A DNA stretch of 64,000 nt, from contig JACPTZ010000218.1 of assembly GCA_016192525.1 (NCBI GenBank), forward strand, positions 9,490 to 73,489, written 5' to 3'. Position 1 is the first letter of the stretch, and each line of letters begins with the position of its first letter. This stretch comes from Planctomycetota bacterium. Lineage in GTDB: Bacteria > Planctomycetota > MHYJ01 > JACPTZ01. Below are positions 52,800-61,505 of this stretch, in pieces. The notes below the pieces were generated by a model. It worked only from the letters and a program-made list of their open reading frames with translations, was not told where the DNA came from and did no database searches. A program made the position numbers and the translations under genes.

Positions 52800-54906
52800 T
52801 CCGAAGACCTTCGGCCCCGCCCGGCTGGGCTTTGCTGACGAGAAGGACGTCGACCTCTTCGTCGACACCCTCGAGAAATTCGAACGGGGCGAAATCGATT
52901 CCGACGCCTGGCGCTCGTTCCGCCTCCTGAACGGTGTCTACAGCCAGCGGCAGGACGAATGGATGATGGTCCGGGTGAAGATCCCGCAGGGGATCCTCAC
53001 GGCGGACCAGCTTCGGGCGCTGGCGGAGGTGGCGGAGCGGTGGTCGAACGGCAAGGGGCACGTCACCACCCGTCAGAACGTCCAGTTCCACTTCGTGAAG
53101 CTGGAGCACGCGGAGGAGGTGCTCCGTCGCTGCGCCGAGGCGGGCCTCACCACGCGCGAGGCCTGCGGGAATTCCGTCCGGAACATCACCACCTGCCCGT
53201 TCGCGGGGACGTCGGCCGTCGAGCCGTTCGATCCGACGCCGTATGCGGAGGCCCTCACGCGACACCTTCTCGGCGGCCCCTGGTCCTCCTCGCTTCCGCG
53301 CAAGTTCAAGATCGCCTTCGGCGGCTGCTGCGGGACCGATTGCGTCCACGCGGCGATCAACGATCTGGGATTCCTCGCCCGGCTGGGTGGCACGGGCGGC
53401 TTGTCCGCCCGTGCCAGCGGCGGCTTGTCCACCCGTGCCAGCGGCGGCTTGTCCGCCCGTGCCCTGCGCGGCTTCCGCCTCACCATCGGCGGCGGCACGG
53501 CCGTCCTTCCCCGGTCCGGCTTTGTCGCGCACGAATTTCTTCCGGCGACGGAGGTCCTCGAAGCGGCCGAGGCGGTGGTGCGGGTGTTCCATCGGATCGG
53601 CGACCCGAAGGACCGTCACCGCGCGCGACTCAAGTACGTCATTGAGCGACTGGGGCAGGAGGCCTTTCTGCGCGAGTATGAAAGGGAGCGCGAGGCGATC
53701 CGGTCGGAGGGGGGGCGGCCGCTGATCCCTGATGTCGGGGAGGATCGCGATGCCTCCCCCGGGCAGGTCCCGATCTCATCGTTGCAGGATGGACGACCGA
53801 AGAGCCGTGACCTGTCCCGCGATCCGCGACCCGCGGCCTCCGATCACCGGTCGGCACCCGCCCCTACGGATTCCGTTCCCGTCCATGATTCAGCCCTTCC
53901 GCGATCCGGTTTCCTCCCGCGACCCGGTTACACCGAGTTCGCCCGCACCAATGTCCGGCCGCAAAAGCAGCCGGGCTTCTCGACCGTGATCGTCCGGCTG
54001 CCGCTCGGAGATGTCACGACAGGGCAGTTCCGCAGCCTCGCCGATCTGGCCGGGCGATACGGTGAGGGCGAGGCGCGGACCACGCACGAGCAGAACGTCG
54101 TCCTGCGCTACATCCCCGACGACCGTCTCGCGAATCTCCACGCGGAGCTGGAGACAACCGGGCTCGCGAGACCGGGCGCCCGGACGGTCGTGGATGTAAC
54201 CTCCTGCCCCGGGGCGGCATCGTGCCGGATCGCCGTCACCGCCTCGCGCGGGCTCGCCTCGCTGCTGGGCGAGTTTCTTGAGAGCCGACCCGACCTCGTG
54301 GCGAAGGCGCCGTCGCTCCATCTCAAGATTTCGGGTTGCCCGAACGGCTGCGGCCAGCATCACATCGCCGGGATCGGCTTCCAGGGTGGGGTGCGACGCT
54401 TCGGCAAGACGGTAATTCCACAATACCACGTGTTTCTCGGCGGCGGCATCTCCATTCCCGAGACGGTAGCACAGGCCTTCCAGCCTGTGCGCGAACCTTT
54501 GCTCGAGCCTGTGTCGCAGCCTGCGCTCCAGCGCGTGCCGGGCACCCCGCTGCCGGCCCCGAACAGCCCCGCAGCGAGGCTCGCGAAGCGAGCCTCTGCC
54601 GCGGGGCGTACCGAGGGGCGGCCGCCGGCGGAAGGCGGTGCCACGTTCGGCCGTCTCGCCGCGCGCATCCCGGCTCGACGCGTCCCGTCGGCGCTGGAGC
54701 GTCTCATTGATCTCTACGCCACGGAGCGCATCGGGGACGAGGCACCGGAGGAGTTCTTCGCCCGGCTCCCGCTCGACCGCGCGACGAAGCTCCTCGCCGA
54801 TCTCGAGGAGTTCGGCCCGGAGGACGTGACCCCGCAAGACCTTGTCGATCTCGGTGAGGAGAAGGCCTACGCGGTCCAGGTCTCCGCCGGGGAGTGCGCG
54901 GTGTGA
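52783..54906 (+). CDS. assimilatory sulfite reductase (ferredoxin-type siroheme/4Fe-4S hemoprotein) with several insertions
   Basis: ATG 52783 after AGGAG; RQNVQFHFV, REACGNSVRNITTCP, TSCPGAASC, ISGCPNGCGQHH; 707 aa with low-complexity inserts including a 3x24-bp repeat. Confidence 0.85.
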   Translation: MLSLDDPKTFGPARLGFADEKDVDLFVDTLEKFERGEIDSDAWRSFRLLNGVYSQRQDEWMMVRVKIPQGILTADQLRALAEVAERWSNGKGHVTTRQNVQFHFVKLEHAEEVLRRCAEAGLTTREACGNSVRNITTCPFAGTSAVEPFDPTPYAEALTRHLLGGPWSSSLPRKFKIAFGGCCGTDCVHAAINDLGFLARLGGTGGLSARASGGLSTRASGGLSARALRGFRLTIGGGTAVLPRSGFVAHEFLPATEVLEAAEAVVRVFHRIGDPKDRHRARLKYVIERLGQEAFLREYEREREAIRSEGGRPLIPDVGEDRDASPGQVPISSLQDGRPKSRDLSRDPRPAASDHRSAPAPTDSVPVHDSALPRSGFLPRPGYTEFARTNVRPQKQPGFSTVIVRLPLGDVTTGQFRSLADLAGRYGEGEARTTHEQNVVLRYIPDDRLANLHAELETTGLARPGARTVVDVTSCPGAASCRIAVTASRGLASLLGEFLESRPDLVAKAPSLHLKISGCPNGCGQHHIAGIGFQGGVRRFGKTVIPQYHVFLGGGISIPETVAQAFQPVREPLLEPVSQPALQRVPGTPLPAPNSPAARLAKRASAAGRTEGRPPAEGGATFGRLAARIPARRVPSALERLIDLYATERIGDEAPEEFFARLPLDRATKLLADLEEFGPEDVTPQDLVDLGEEKAYAVQVSAGECAV

Positions 54907-55090
54907 GAGCCATGGCGCCGCTCCGCGCGCGGTTCCAGGCCTCGGAACCGGCGGGAGCCCTCAGACCGTCGTAGACGAACACCCCCGGGGCTCCCGGCGG
55001 GGCGTCATCCCAACTATCGCAATCCTTGACGGAGGGCATCGGCCGGGACAGCATGAGGGACCGCACAGGGACCCGCCGCGGAGGACGCCG

Positions 55091-55921
55091 ATGCGAGTCT
55101 GGCAGGACGAATTCAGTTCAGAGGACAAGACGGGAGCGGCGGGAGGGGCCCTCACCGTGCTCCTCCTCATCGGAATCTCGGGCGGACTGACCTGGTGGGG
55201 ATTCCCCGCGGAGTGGGGGACCGCGTCGCTGGAGAACCGGATCTGGGTGGGGATCGGCGCGTTCGTCGCGTTCTTCCTGCTCGTCATCCTGTGCCTCATC
55301 CTGGGCAGTCTCTTCGGAGGCCTTGGGGTGCGCCGGATCACCCTTCGGATGGAAGCCGACGGGACCAGGCTGAAGTGGCGACTCGAATTCGACACGAAGG
55401 CGAGCATCGGCAAGGTGGAGGCGCGATTCAAGGTCACCCAGGAGTTCCTGCAGTGCCGTCTCGTGAAGCGCGAGTCGGAGAAGTCCCGCAAGCGCGACCT
55501 GCACGATCCGAGACGGTACACGATCGTGGAAGACTGGAACGGCCAATCTCCCAGGATGCTCCTCGATCGTCAACTCTGCAAGGTTCTGCTCCCCTCCTCG
55601 AAGGTCCTGGAGGGAATCGTGGACCTGGACAAGGCGCTCCCCCATCCCCGGCATGTCACGGCGTGGATACCCGGAAAGGGGCAACCGTCGAGGGAGACGG
55701 TGCTGGAGTCCTTTGAGGAAGATGACGCCGCCGGTCGGGCCGCCTTCGAGTACGCCTCGCGAAGCCTCGGGGCCGGGGATCGCCGCCCCGGCGAGGATGA
55801 AGTCATCGCCGTCCGCCACAAGGTCCGCTGGCAGGTCGATCTCTGGGCCGAGCGACGCGGTTGGCCGGACACGGGGGTGATCCTCCGCCTCGGGGACGCG
55901 TCGGAGGGAGATGTCACCTAG
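55091..55921 (+). CDS. hypothetical membrane protein (two TM helices plus soluble domain)
   Basis: MRVWQDEF.. start at 55091; TMs LTVLLLIGISGGLTWWGF and IWVGIGAFVAFFLLVILCLILGSLFGG; no recognisable domain. Confidence 0.5.
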   Translation: MRVWQDEFSSEDKTGAAGGALTVLLLIGISGGLTWWGFPAEWGTASLENRIWVGIGAFVAFFLLVILCLILGSLFGGLGVRRITLRMEADGTRLKWRLEFDTKASIGKVEARFKVTQEFLQCRLVKRESEKSRKRDLHDPRRYTIVEDWNGQSPRMLLDRQLCKVLLPSSKVLEGIVDLDKALPHPRHVTAWIPGKGQPSRETVLESFEEDDAAGRAAFEYASRSLGAGDRRPGEDEVIAVRHKVRWQVDLWAERRGWPDTGVILRLGDASEGDVT

Positions 55922-56065
55922 CCCCAATGCCAGTCGGATAAGCGTCACAGGTACGGGGCCTCGGGGATCCGGGCGCTGTACGAGATCGTCGCTCCCCTTT
56001 CCCTTCCGTTTCCCCGGTCCCTTCCCGTATGATCGACGGCCGGGGAAGGGCCCGGGCGCCCCGCC

Positions 56066-59000
56066 ATGCCCACCGATGCCGATCTGCTCCTGGGCCGACT
56101 CGCCGTCGAGCGCGGATTCGTCACCGCCGGACAGCGCGACTCCGCCTTGGAGGAACAGGAACGCGAGACCCGGGACACCGGCCGCGTCCGCTTCCTCGGC
56201 GAGATCCTCGTTTCCCTCGGCCTCCTCACCCCCGAGCAGCTCCTGGAACTGAGCGAGGCGGGGGTCGAGAGAGTGCTCCGACTCCAGCACACCGTCATCG
56301 AACAGGCCCCCGCCGGTGCCGCTTCCGCGGCGCACTCCAACGGCACGCCTCCGGGCGCCGCTTCCGCGGCGCACTCCAACGAGGCGCGCCCCGCCGCGCG
56401 CCCCGCCGCCGAAATCCTCGTTGAGAAGGGGCTTCTCTCGCGGGAGGGCCTCGAACACGGCAGCCGCGTCCGGAAGACCTCTCCCGTTCCGCCGGAGGAG
56501 CCGTACTTCGCCGATCCCTCCCTCCTCGGCATCGAGGGCTCCCGGCTCGGCCGGTACCGCATCCTCCGCCGCCTCGGCAGCGGTGCGATGAGCGACATCT
56601 ATCTCGCTGATCAGATCGATCTCAAGCGCCGCGTCGCCCTCAAGGTCCTCCCGCGCGAACTCTCGATGAATCCGGACCGCATCGCGCGATTCGCCCGCGA
56701 GATCGAAATCCTCGCCCGGCTCCACCATCCGCACATCTGCCCCGTTTTCGAATCGGGCCGCGACGGCGAGGTCCAGTTCTACGCCATGGCGAATCTCGAG
56801 GGCCTGGACCTCGACCAGGTGCTCAAGACCCAGCGCGTGGACCCCGCGCGGGCCGCGGAGATCGCCCGGCAGATCGCCGACGCCCTCCACTGCGCCCATC
56901 AGGCCGGGATCGTCCATCGCGACATGAAGCCGAGGAACATCGTCGTGACGAGAGGACGCCGGAAAAGGAGCGATTCCGGGAAGCCGCGCGCTTCCGCCGG
57001 GGGGACCGACAGCACCACCGGCTCCTCCGTCTCCCTCCCCGGCGCCGGAAGCGACTCCCGCGCCTCCGCGGGACCGCGCCTCCCCTCGCCCGAGTACGAG
57101 GACCACGCCTACCTGATCGACTTCGGCCTCGCCTTCTACCAGGAGGCCGACCCGCTCACCGTCGCGGGCGCCGTCCTCGGCACCCCGTCGTACATGGCGC
57201 CGGAGCAGGCCGTCGGGGGCTTCATGACCGTGGACGCCCGGACCGACGTCTACGGCGCGGGCGCCGTCCTCTATGAGATGCTCACCCTGCGACCGCCGTT
57301 CACCGGTTCGCACATGACCGAGATCATCACGCGGGTCACCTCGTACGAAGCCACGATGCCGAGCCGCCTCCGCGCCGACTGCCCGCGCGAACTCGAGATC
57401 ATCACCATGAAGTGCCTGGAGAAGGACCCGAACCGCCGGTACGCCACCGCGCAGGACCTCGAGGCCGATCTCGCGCACTTCCTCGCCGGCGAACCGATCA
57501 CCGCCCAGCCCGCGAGCGTGATCTACAAGGTCCGGCGGAAGATCACACGCAATCCGGCCGCCTCGATCGGCCTCGGCCTCGCGGCCGCCCTCGTGATGCT
57601 CCTCGCCCTCCTCACGTGGGGCCCGGCCCGCATCACGATCCGGTCCTCCCCTTCCGGCGCCCTCGTCTCCATCGACGGCCGGCCGACGGGACTCCGCACG
57701 CCGGTCGAGGATCGCTGCTCCTGGCCGCCCGGGGCGCGCCTCATCACGCTGGAACACGAGGGGTATGAACCGGAGAGCGCGCTCCTCGAGACCCGGGCCC
57801 TGGCCGCCGTAGAGATCGCGATCACCCTGCGGCATCACCGCGGAATCCTCACCGTGACCTCGAACGAAAACGCCGTGCGGATGGAGGTCTTCCCGGCCGG
57901 GGAATCGAGCTCCCCGTTCGCCCTGAGCGAGGTCGCCGCAGGCGACCGAGTCGAAGGGCGCCGGGGCAAGCCGTCCTTCGACTCGCCCCCGCCGGACGGA
58001 GGGCGGGGGTTCGCTCAGGACGGACGGGGGGAACCCGACAGGGTCCGCCCATGGCGCACGCTGACGATTCCCCAGGAGGAACTGGAGCTGGATACCGGTC
58101 GCTGGCGCCTCGTCTTCTCGAAGGAGAACTTCTTCGGGGCCGAGCAGATCGTCGAGGTCGCCCGGGACGGAATCGCCCGCGTCCACGTGACGATGAGGCC
58201 GATGCTCGCCTGGTCGTTCGCCACGGGCGACGCGATCGAGGGCTCCACCGCCGTCGCCGATCTCGACGGCGACGGCCATCTCGAGGTGGTCGTCGCCTCC
58301 GGTGACGGCGCCGTCTACGCCCTCCGCGGGGAGGCCGGGGGGGTGCTCTGGAAGACGGTCCGGAGTTTCCCGTTCGTGGCCACGCCGGCGGTGGCGGACC
58401 TCGAGGGAGACGGCGCGGTCGAGGTGATCGCCCTCGGAGAGAAGGAGGCGCTCGTCCTGGCCGGCCGCGACGGCGCGGTGCTCCGGTCGTGGCCCGTCGA
58501 GGAGCCCGGGCTCACACGGCCGGCGATCGGGAAGATCGACGGCGACGGCGTGCTCGACATCATCGTCTGCGACGGCGCCGGTCGTGTCCGCGCCTGCTCC
58601 GGAACCGACGGTCGCGAGATCTGGCGGTTCACAACCGGGGGAAAGATCCACTCCTCCCCGGCCTTGTGCAGGCTCGACCGGGACGGGGTCCCCGATGTCG
58701 TCGTGGCGACGCAGGCCTCGCGGGTGTGCGCCCTCTCCGGGGCGACCGGGACGCCTCTGTGGTCGCGGGATTTCGCCCCGGGCTCCACGCTCGCCTCGCC
58801 CGTCGTCGGCGAGTTGAACGGCGACGGCACCCCGGACGTCGTGATCGGGTCGTGGGACTCCGCCGTATACGCCCTCGACGGACGGACCGGCGAGCCGCTC
58901 TGGCAGTTCCCGACGAACAAACACATCCCCTCGACCGCCGAACTGACAGACCTCACACACGACGGCCAGCTGGACGTCGTGATCGGCTCGGCCGACGGCT

Positions 59001-60622
59001 GCCTCTACGCCCTCGACGGGAGAGTCGACCGCGCCTCGACCCCGCCCGCGCTGCTCTGGAAGGCTGAGACCGACTACGAGATCTGGGGAGCGGTCTCGTC
59101 CTGTGACATCACCCACGACGGAGTCCCGGACCTCTTCGTCGCCTCCGACGATCACTACGCCTACGCCTTCGACGGCCAGGACGGGCATCGCCTCTGGCGA
59201 TTCCGCGCCGGCCACCAGATCATCTCCGCCCTCGAGATCGCAGACCTCGATGAGGACGGTGTGGCGGAGGCGGTCTTCACGTCGAAGGACCGGAGCGTGT
59301 ACGCGGTCCGCGTTGAGCCGGCGTCGCCGACGCTCTGGATCGCGGAGACCGGCCCGGTGTCCACTTTTTCCCCGGAGTGCCTCCGGGTGAACGGCGACTC
59401 GATCCCCGACGTGATCGTCGGGACGGAAGACGGCCACCTGTGCGCCCATTCGGGGGCCGAGGGGGCCCCGCTCTGGAGATGCCGCGTCGGCGGAATGACG
59501 CCAGGCCCCCTGGCGCGGGGGAAGTTCGACGACGACGGCGTGGAGGACCTCCTCTCCGGCGGAAGCGACGAGATGATGTACGCCGTGTCGGGCCGGACCG
59601 GGACCGTCCTCTGGAAGGTGCGATCCGGGGCCCTCCCGATGGAGACCGACTGTCTCGAGGACATGAACGGCGACGGTTTCACGGATGTCGCTCTGGGATT
59701 TCGCGGGGGAGTGCTGCGCGCGATCTCGGGGAAGGATGGTCTGGCCCTGTGGAACTTCCGCGTCGAGGACGCCCTGAGCAGCATTCCGTTCGGGAGGGAT
59801 CTGGACGGAGACGGCCGGCGTGAGGTGCTGGTGGGGTCCGGGGACGGCACGGTTCACGCCCTGTCCTCGCGCGACGCCGCGCCGGCGTGGACCTGCGGGG
59901 CGGAGATGGCGGTCGATTCCGTGAGCCCGCTCGCCGATCTCGACGGGGAGGGCGGGCCGGACCTGCTGCTCGGCTCGGACGGCGGGGGAATTCTGGCGAT
60001 CAGGGCGCACGACGCGGGGCGTCTGTGGAAGCGCGAGATGGGCGCGCGGCTCGGCCTTCCGCCCGGGCTGGTGGACGCCAGAGGCGACGGGGTGATGGAC
60101 GTCGTGGCGGGAATGGAGGACGGCAGGGTGATCGCCCTCTCGGGAAGGGACGGCCGCACGCTCTGGGAACTCGCCGCGTCGAAGGCCTCCATCGGGGCCT
60201 GGCTGAGGGAGGACCTGGACCGCGACGGGGTGACGGACGCGGTGGTCGGGGCGGGAACGTCTCTGGCGCGGGCGATATCGGGGAAGTCGGGCCGGGTCCT
60301 GTGGGAGAGCCCCGCGTCCGGAACAGAGTTCACCGCCTTCAGCGCGGCCGAACTCACCGGCGATCGCGTGCCGGACCTGCTCGCGGGAACGAAGGCCGGG
60401 ATCCTGTACGCCATCTCGGGGGCGGACGGGACGCTGCTGTGGCGGTACCGGGTGGGTCGCCCCGGTTCCGGCCGGCCCTGCGCGATGGACCTGAACGGGG
60501 ACGGCATCCCGGATGTGGTGGCCGGCTCGCTCGACGGCCGCCTCCACGCCATCGACGGCCGCCCGCGTCGCCGGCTGGGGGTGCTCTGGTCGGTGGAGGG
60601 GGGGCGGGGAGAGAGGAAGTAG
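56066..60622 (+). CDS. Ser/Thr protein kinase with MshEN-like N-terminus, TM, PEGA domain and a very large FG-GAP/PQQ-like repeat ectodomain
   Basis: 1518 aa; kinase motifs LGSGAMSDIY, ALKVL, HRDMKPRNIVV, DFGLA, APE; TM IGLGLAAALVMLLALLTW; many repeats DLDGDG..EVVV.S.DG.VYAL.G..G..LW. Confidence 0.9.
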   Translation: MPTDADLLLGRLAVERGFVTAGQRDSALEEQERETRDTGRVRFLGEILVSLGLLTPEQLLELSEAGVERVLRLQHTVIEQAPAGAASAAHSNGTPPGAASAAHSNEARPAARPAAEILVEKGLLSREGLEHGSRVRKTSPVPPEEPYFADPSLLGIEGSRLGRYRILRRLGSGAMSDIYLADQIDLKRRVALKVLPRELSMNPDRIARFAREIEILARLHHPHICPVFESGRDGEVQFYAMANLEGLDLDQVLKTQRVDPARAAEIARQIADALHCAHQAGIVHRDMKPRNIVVTRGRRKRSDSGKPRASAGGTDSTTGSSVSLPGAGSDSRASAGPRLPSPEYEDHAYLIDFGLAFYQEADPLTVAGAVLGTPSYMAPEQAVGGFMTVDARTDVYGAGAVLYEMLTLRPPFTGSHMTEIITRVTSYEATMPSRLRADCPRELEIITMKCLEKDPNRRYATAQDLEADLAHFLAGEPITAQPASVIYKVRRKITRNPAASIGLGLAAALVMLLALLTWGPARITIRSSPSGALVSIDGRPTGLRTPVEDRCSWPPGARLITLEHEGYEPESALLETRALAAVEIAITLRHHRGILTVTSNENAVRMEVFPAGESSSPFALSEVAAGDRVEGRRGKPSFDSPPPDGGRGFAQDGRGEPDRVRPWRTLTIPQEELELDTGRWRLVFSKENFFGAEQIVEVARDGIARVHVTMRPMLAWSFATGDAIEGSTAVADLDGDGHLEVVVASGDGAVYALRGEAGGVLWKTVRSFPFVATPAVADLEGDGAVEVIALGEKEALVLAGRDGAVLRSWPVEEPGLTRPAIGKIDGDGVLDIIVCDGAGRVRACSGTDGREIWRFTTGGKIHSSPALCRLDRDGVPDVVVATQASRVCALSGATGTPLWSRDFAPGSTLASPVVGELNGDGTPDVVIGSWDSAVYALDGRTGEPLWQFPTNKHIPSTAELTDLTHDGQLDVVIGSADGCLYALDGRVDRASTPPALLWKAETDYEIWGAVSSCDITHDGVPDLFVASDDHYAYAFDGQDGHRLWRFRAGHQIISALEIADLDEDGVAEAVFTSKDRSVYAVRVEPASPTLWIAETGPVSTFSPECLRVNGDSIPDVIVGTEDGHLCAHSGAEGAPLWRCRVGGMTPGPLARGKFDDDGVEDLLSGGSDEMMYAVSGRTGTVLWKVRSGALPMETDCLEDMNGDGFTDVALGFRGGVLRAISGKDGLALWNFRVEDALSSIPFGRDLDGDGRREVLVGSGDGTVHALSSRDAAPAWTCGAEMAVDSVSPLADLDGEGGPDLLLGSDGGGILAIRAHDAGRLWKREMGARLGLPPGLVDARGDGVMDVVAGMEDGRVIALSGRDGRTLWELAASKASIGAWLREDLDRDGVTDAVVGAGTSLARAISGKSGRVLWESPASGTEFTAFSAAELTGDRVPDLLAGTKAGILYAISGADGTLLWRYRVGRPGSGRPCAMDLNGDGIPDVVAGSLDGRLHAIDGRPRRRLGVLWSVEGGRGERK

Positions 60623-60676
60623 CTACGGCTCCAGCGCTGCTCCCCTCGCCCCGACGAGGGTACGGGGTTCCCGTAT

Positions 60677-60701
60677 TGTCATCCTGAGCTCAGCCGGCCG
60701 C
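60677..60701. repeat. family C element, left-half fragment
   Basis: tgtcatcctgagctcagccggccgc identical to the left end of 24468-24492; no matching right end found nearby. Confidence 0.6.
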
Positions 60702-60827
60702 CCCCGGCCATCGCGGCCCGCCTGCGGACCCTGGGCGGGTGGCTCGGCGCGAACGCGCGCGCGCTGGCGGAGACGCTCCCGCTCGCGCGCGGGTAGCCTC
60801 GCCGACCTTTCCGCGAGCCACACTCCC

Positions 60828-61364
60828 TCACCCGCCGAAGAGACCCGAAACCTCCGGGGCCACCTGAAGCGCCGGAACCTGCCGCTTCAGCTCCGAGAGG
60901 AGGCGGCGGAGATCCGCCGATCTCCAGCCCGTGAACGACAACTCGAAGAGAACGTTCTTCCCCGTCCAAAAGACAACGTATTCCTCGGGGACCGTCTCGT
61001 CGGCGAAGTGAGACGATCCTTTGGTTGCCGCGGTGATCGAGGCCGCCGGCCAGGAGTTCCGGGAAAACCAGGTGCTGAGTGTCAGTACTCCATCCGCCAG
61101 TACCAGCCGTCGGGAGCGATAATAGGCCGCGGAAACCAGGAGCAGCAGGTCGACCCCGGCGACCCCGAGCCAGATCAGCAGGACGTTTCGAAGGCTCAAC
61201 CCTCCACTCCCGCCGCCGAGAGGGGTCCCCGTCAGAACGAGGACCACGGGCATACCCAGGGCGATGAGTGCGAGGATCCCGGCGGCGAGGAAGAAAGCGC
61301 CGCCGGAGCCCCGGGCCTCTACGGGGGAGCGGGGCGCGGTCAACGGCGGGGATTCGGAGTTCAT
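60828..61364 (-). CDS. hypothetical membrane protein (two TM plus small C-terminal beta-rich domain)
   Basis: Start MNSESPP at 61364; TMs FFLAAGILALIALGMPVVLVL and LLIWLGVAGVDLLLLVSAAYY. Confidence 0.5.
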   Translation of the reverse strand: MNSESPPLTAPRSPVEARGSGGAFFLAAGILALIALGMPVVLVLTGTPLGGGSGGLSLRNVLLIWLGVAGVDLLLLVSAAYYRSRRLVLADGVLTLSTWFSRNSWPAASITAATKGSSHFADETVPEEYVVFWTGKNVLFELSFTGWRSADLRRLLSELKRQVPALQVAPEVSGLFGG

Positions 61365-61505
61365 GATTTGGCGATCAAGAATACCATCCAAACGGAATCG
61401 TCTCAAGAGCGAATTCCCGACGCCTCATGTCTCGCCGTGCCGCGGAAATCCTCCACGATTCCCTTCCCGGGCGCCCCCCCCCGGCGTATGATCCGGACGA
61501 GAGCC

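Noticed and set aside
55118-60547. 1809-aa ORF on the minus strand, the longest ORF in the track
   Set aside because: It is antisense to the kinase gene (56066-60622), which has clear kinase and repeat motifs. Its translation is Arg/Gly/Pro/Asp-rich low-complexity sequence typical of off-frame reading of GC-rich DNA, with no motifs.
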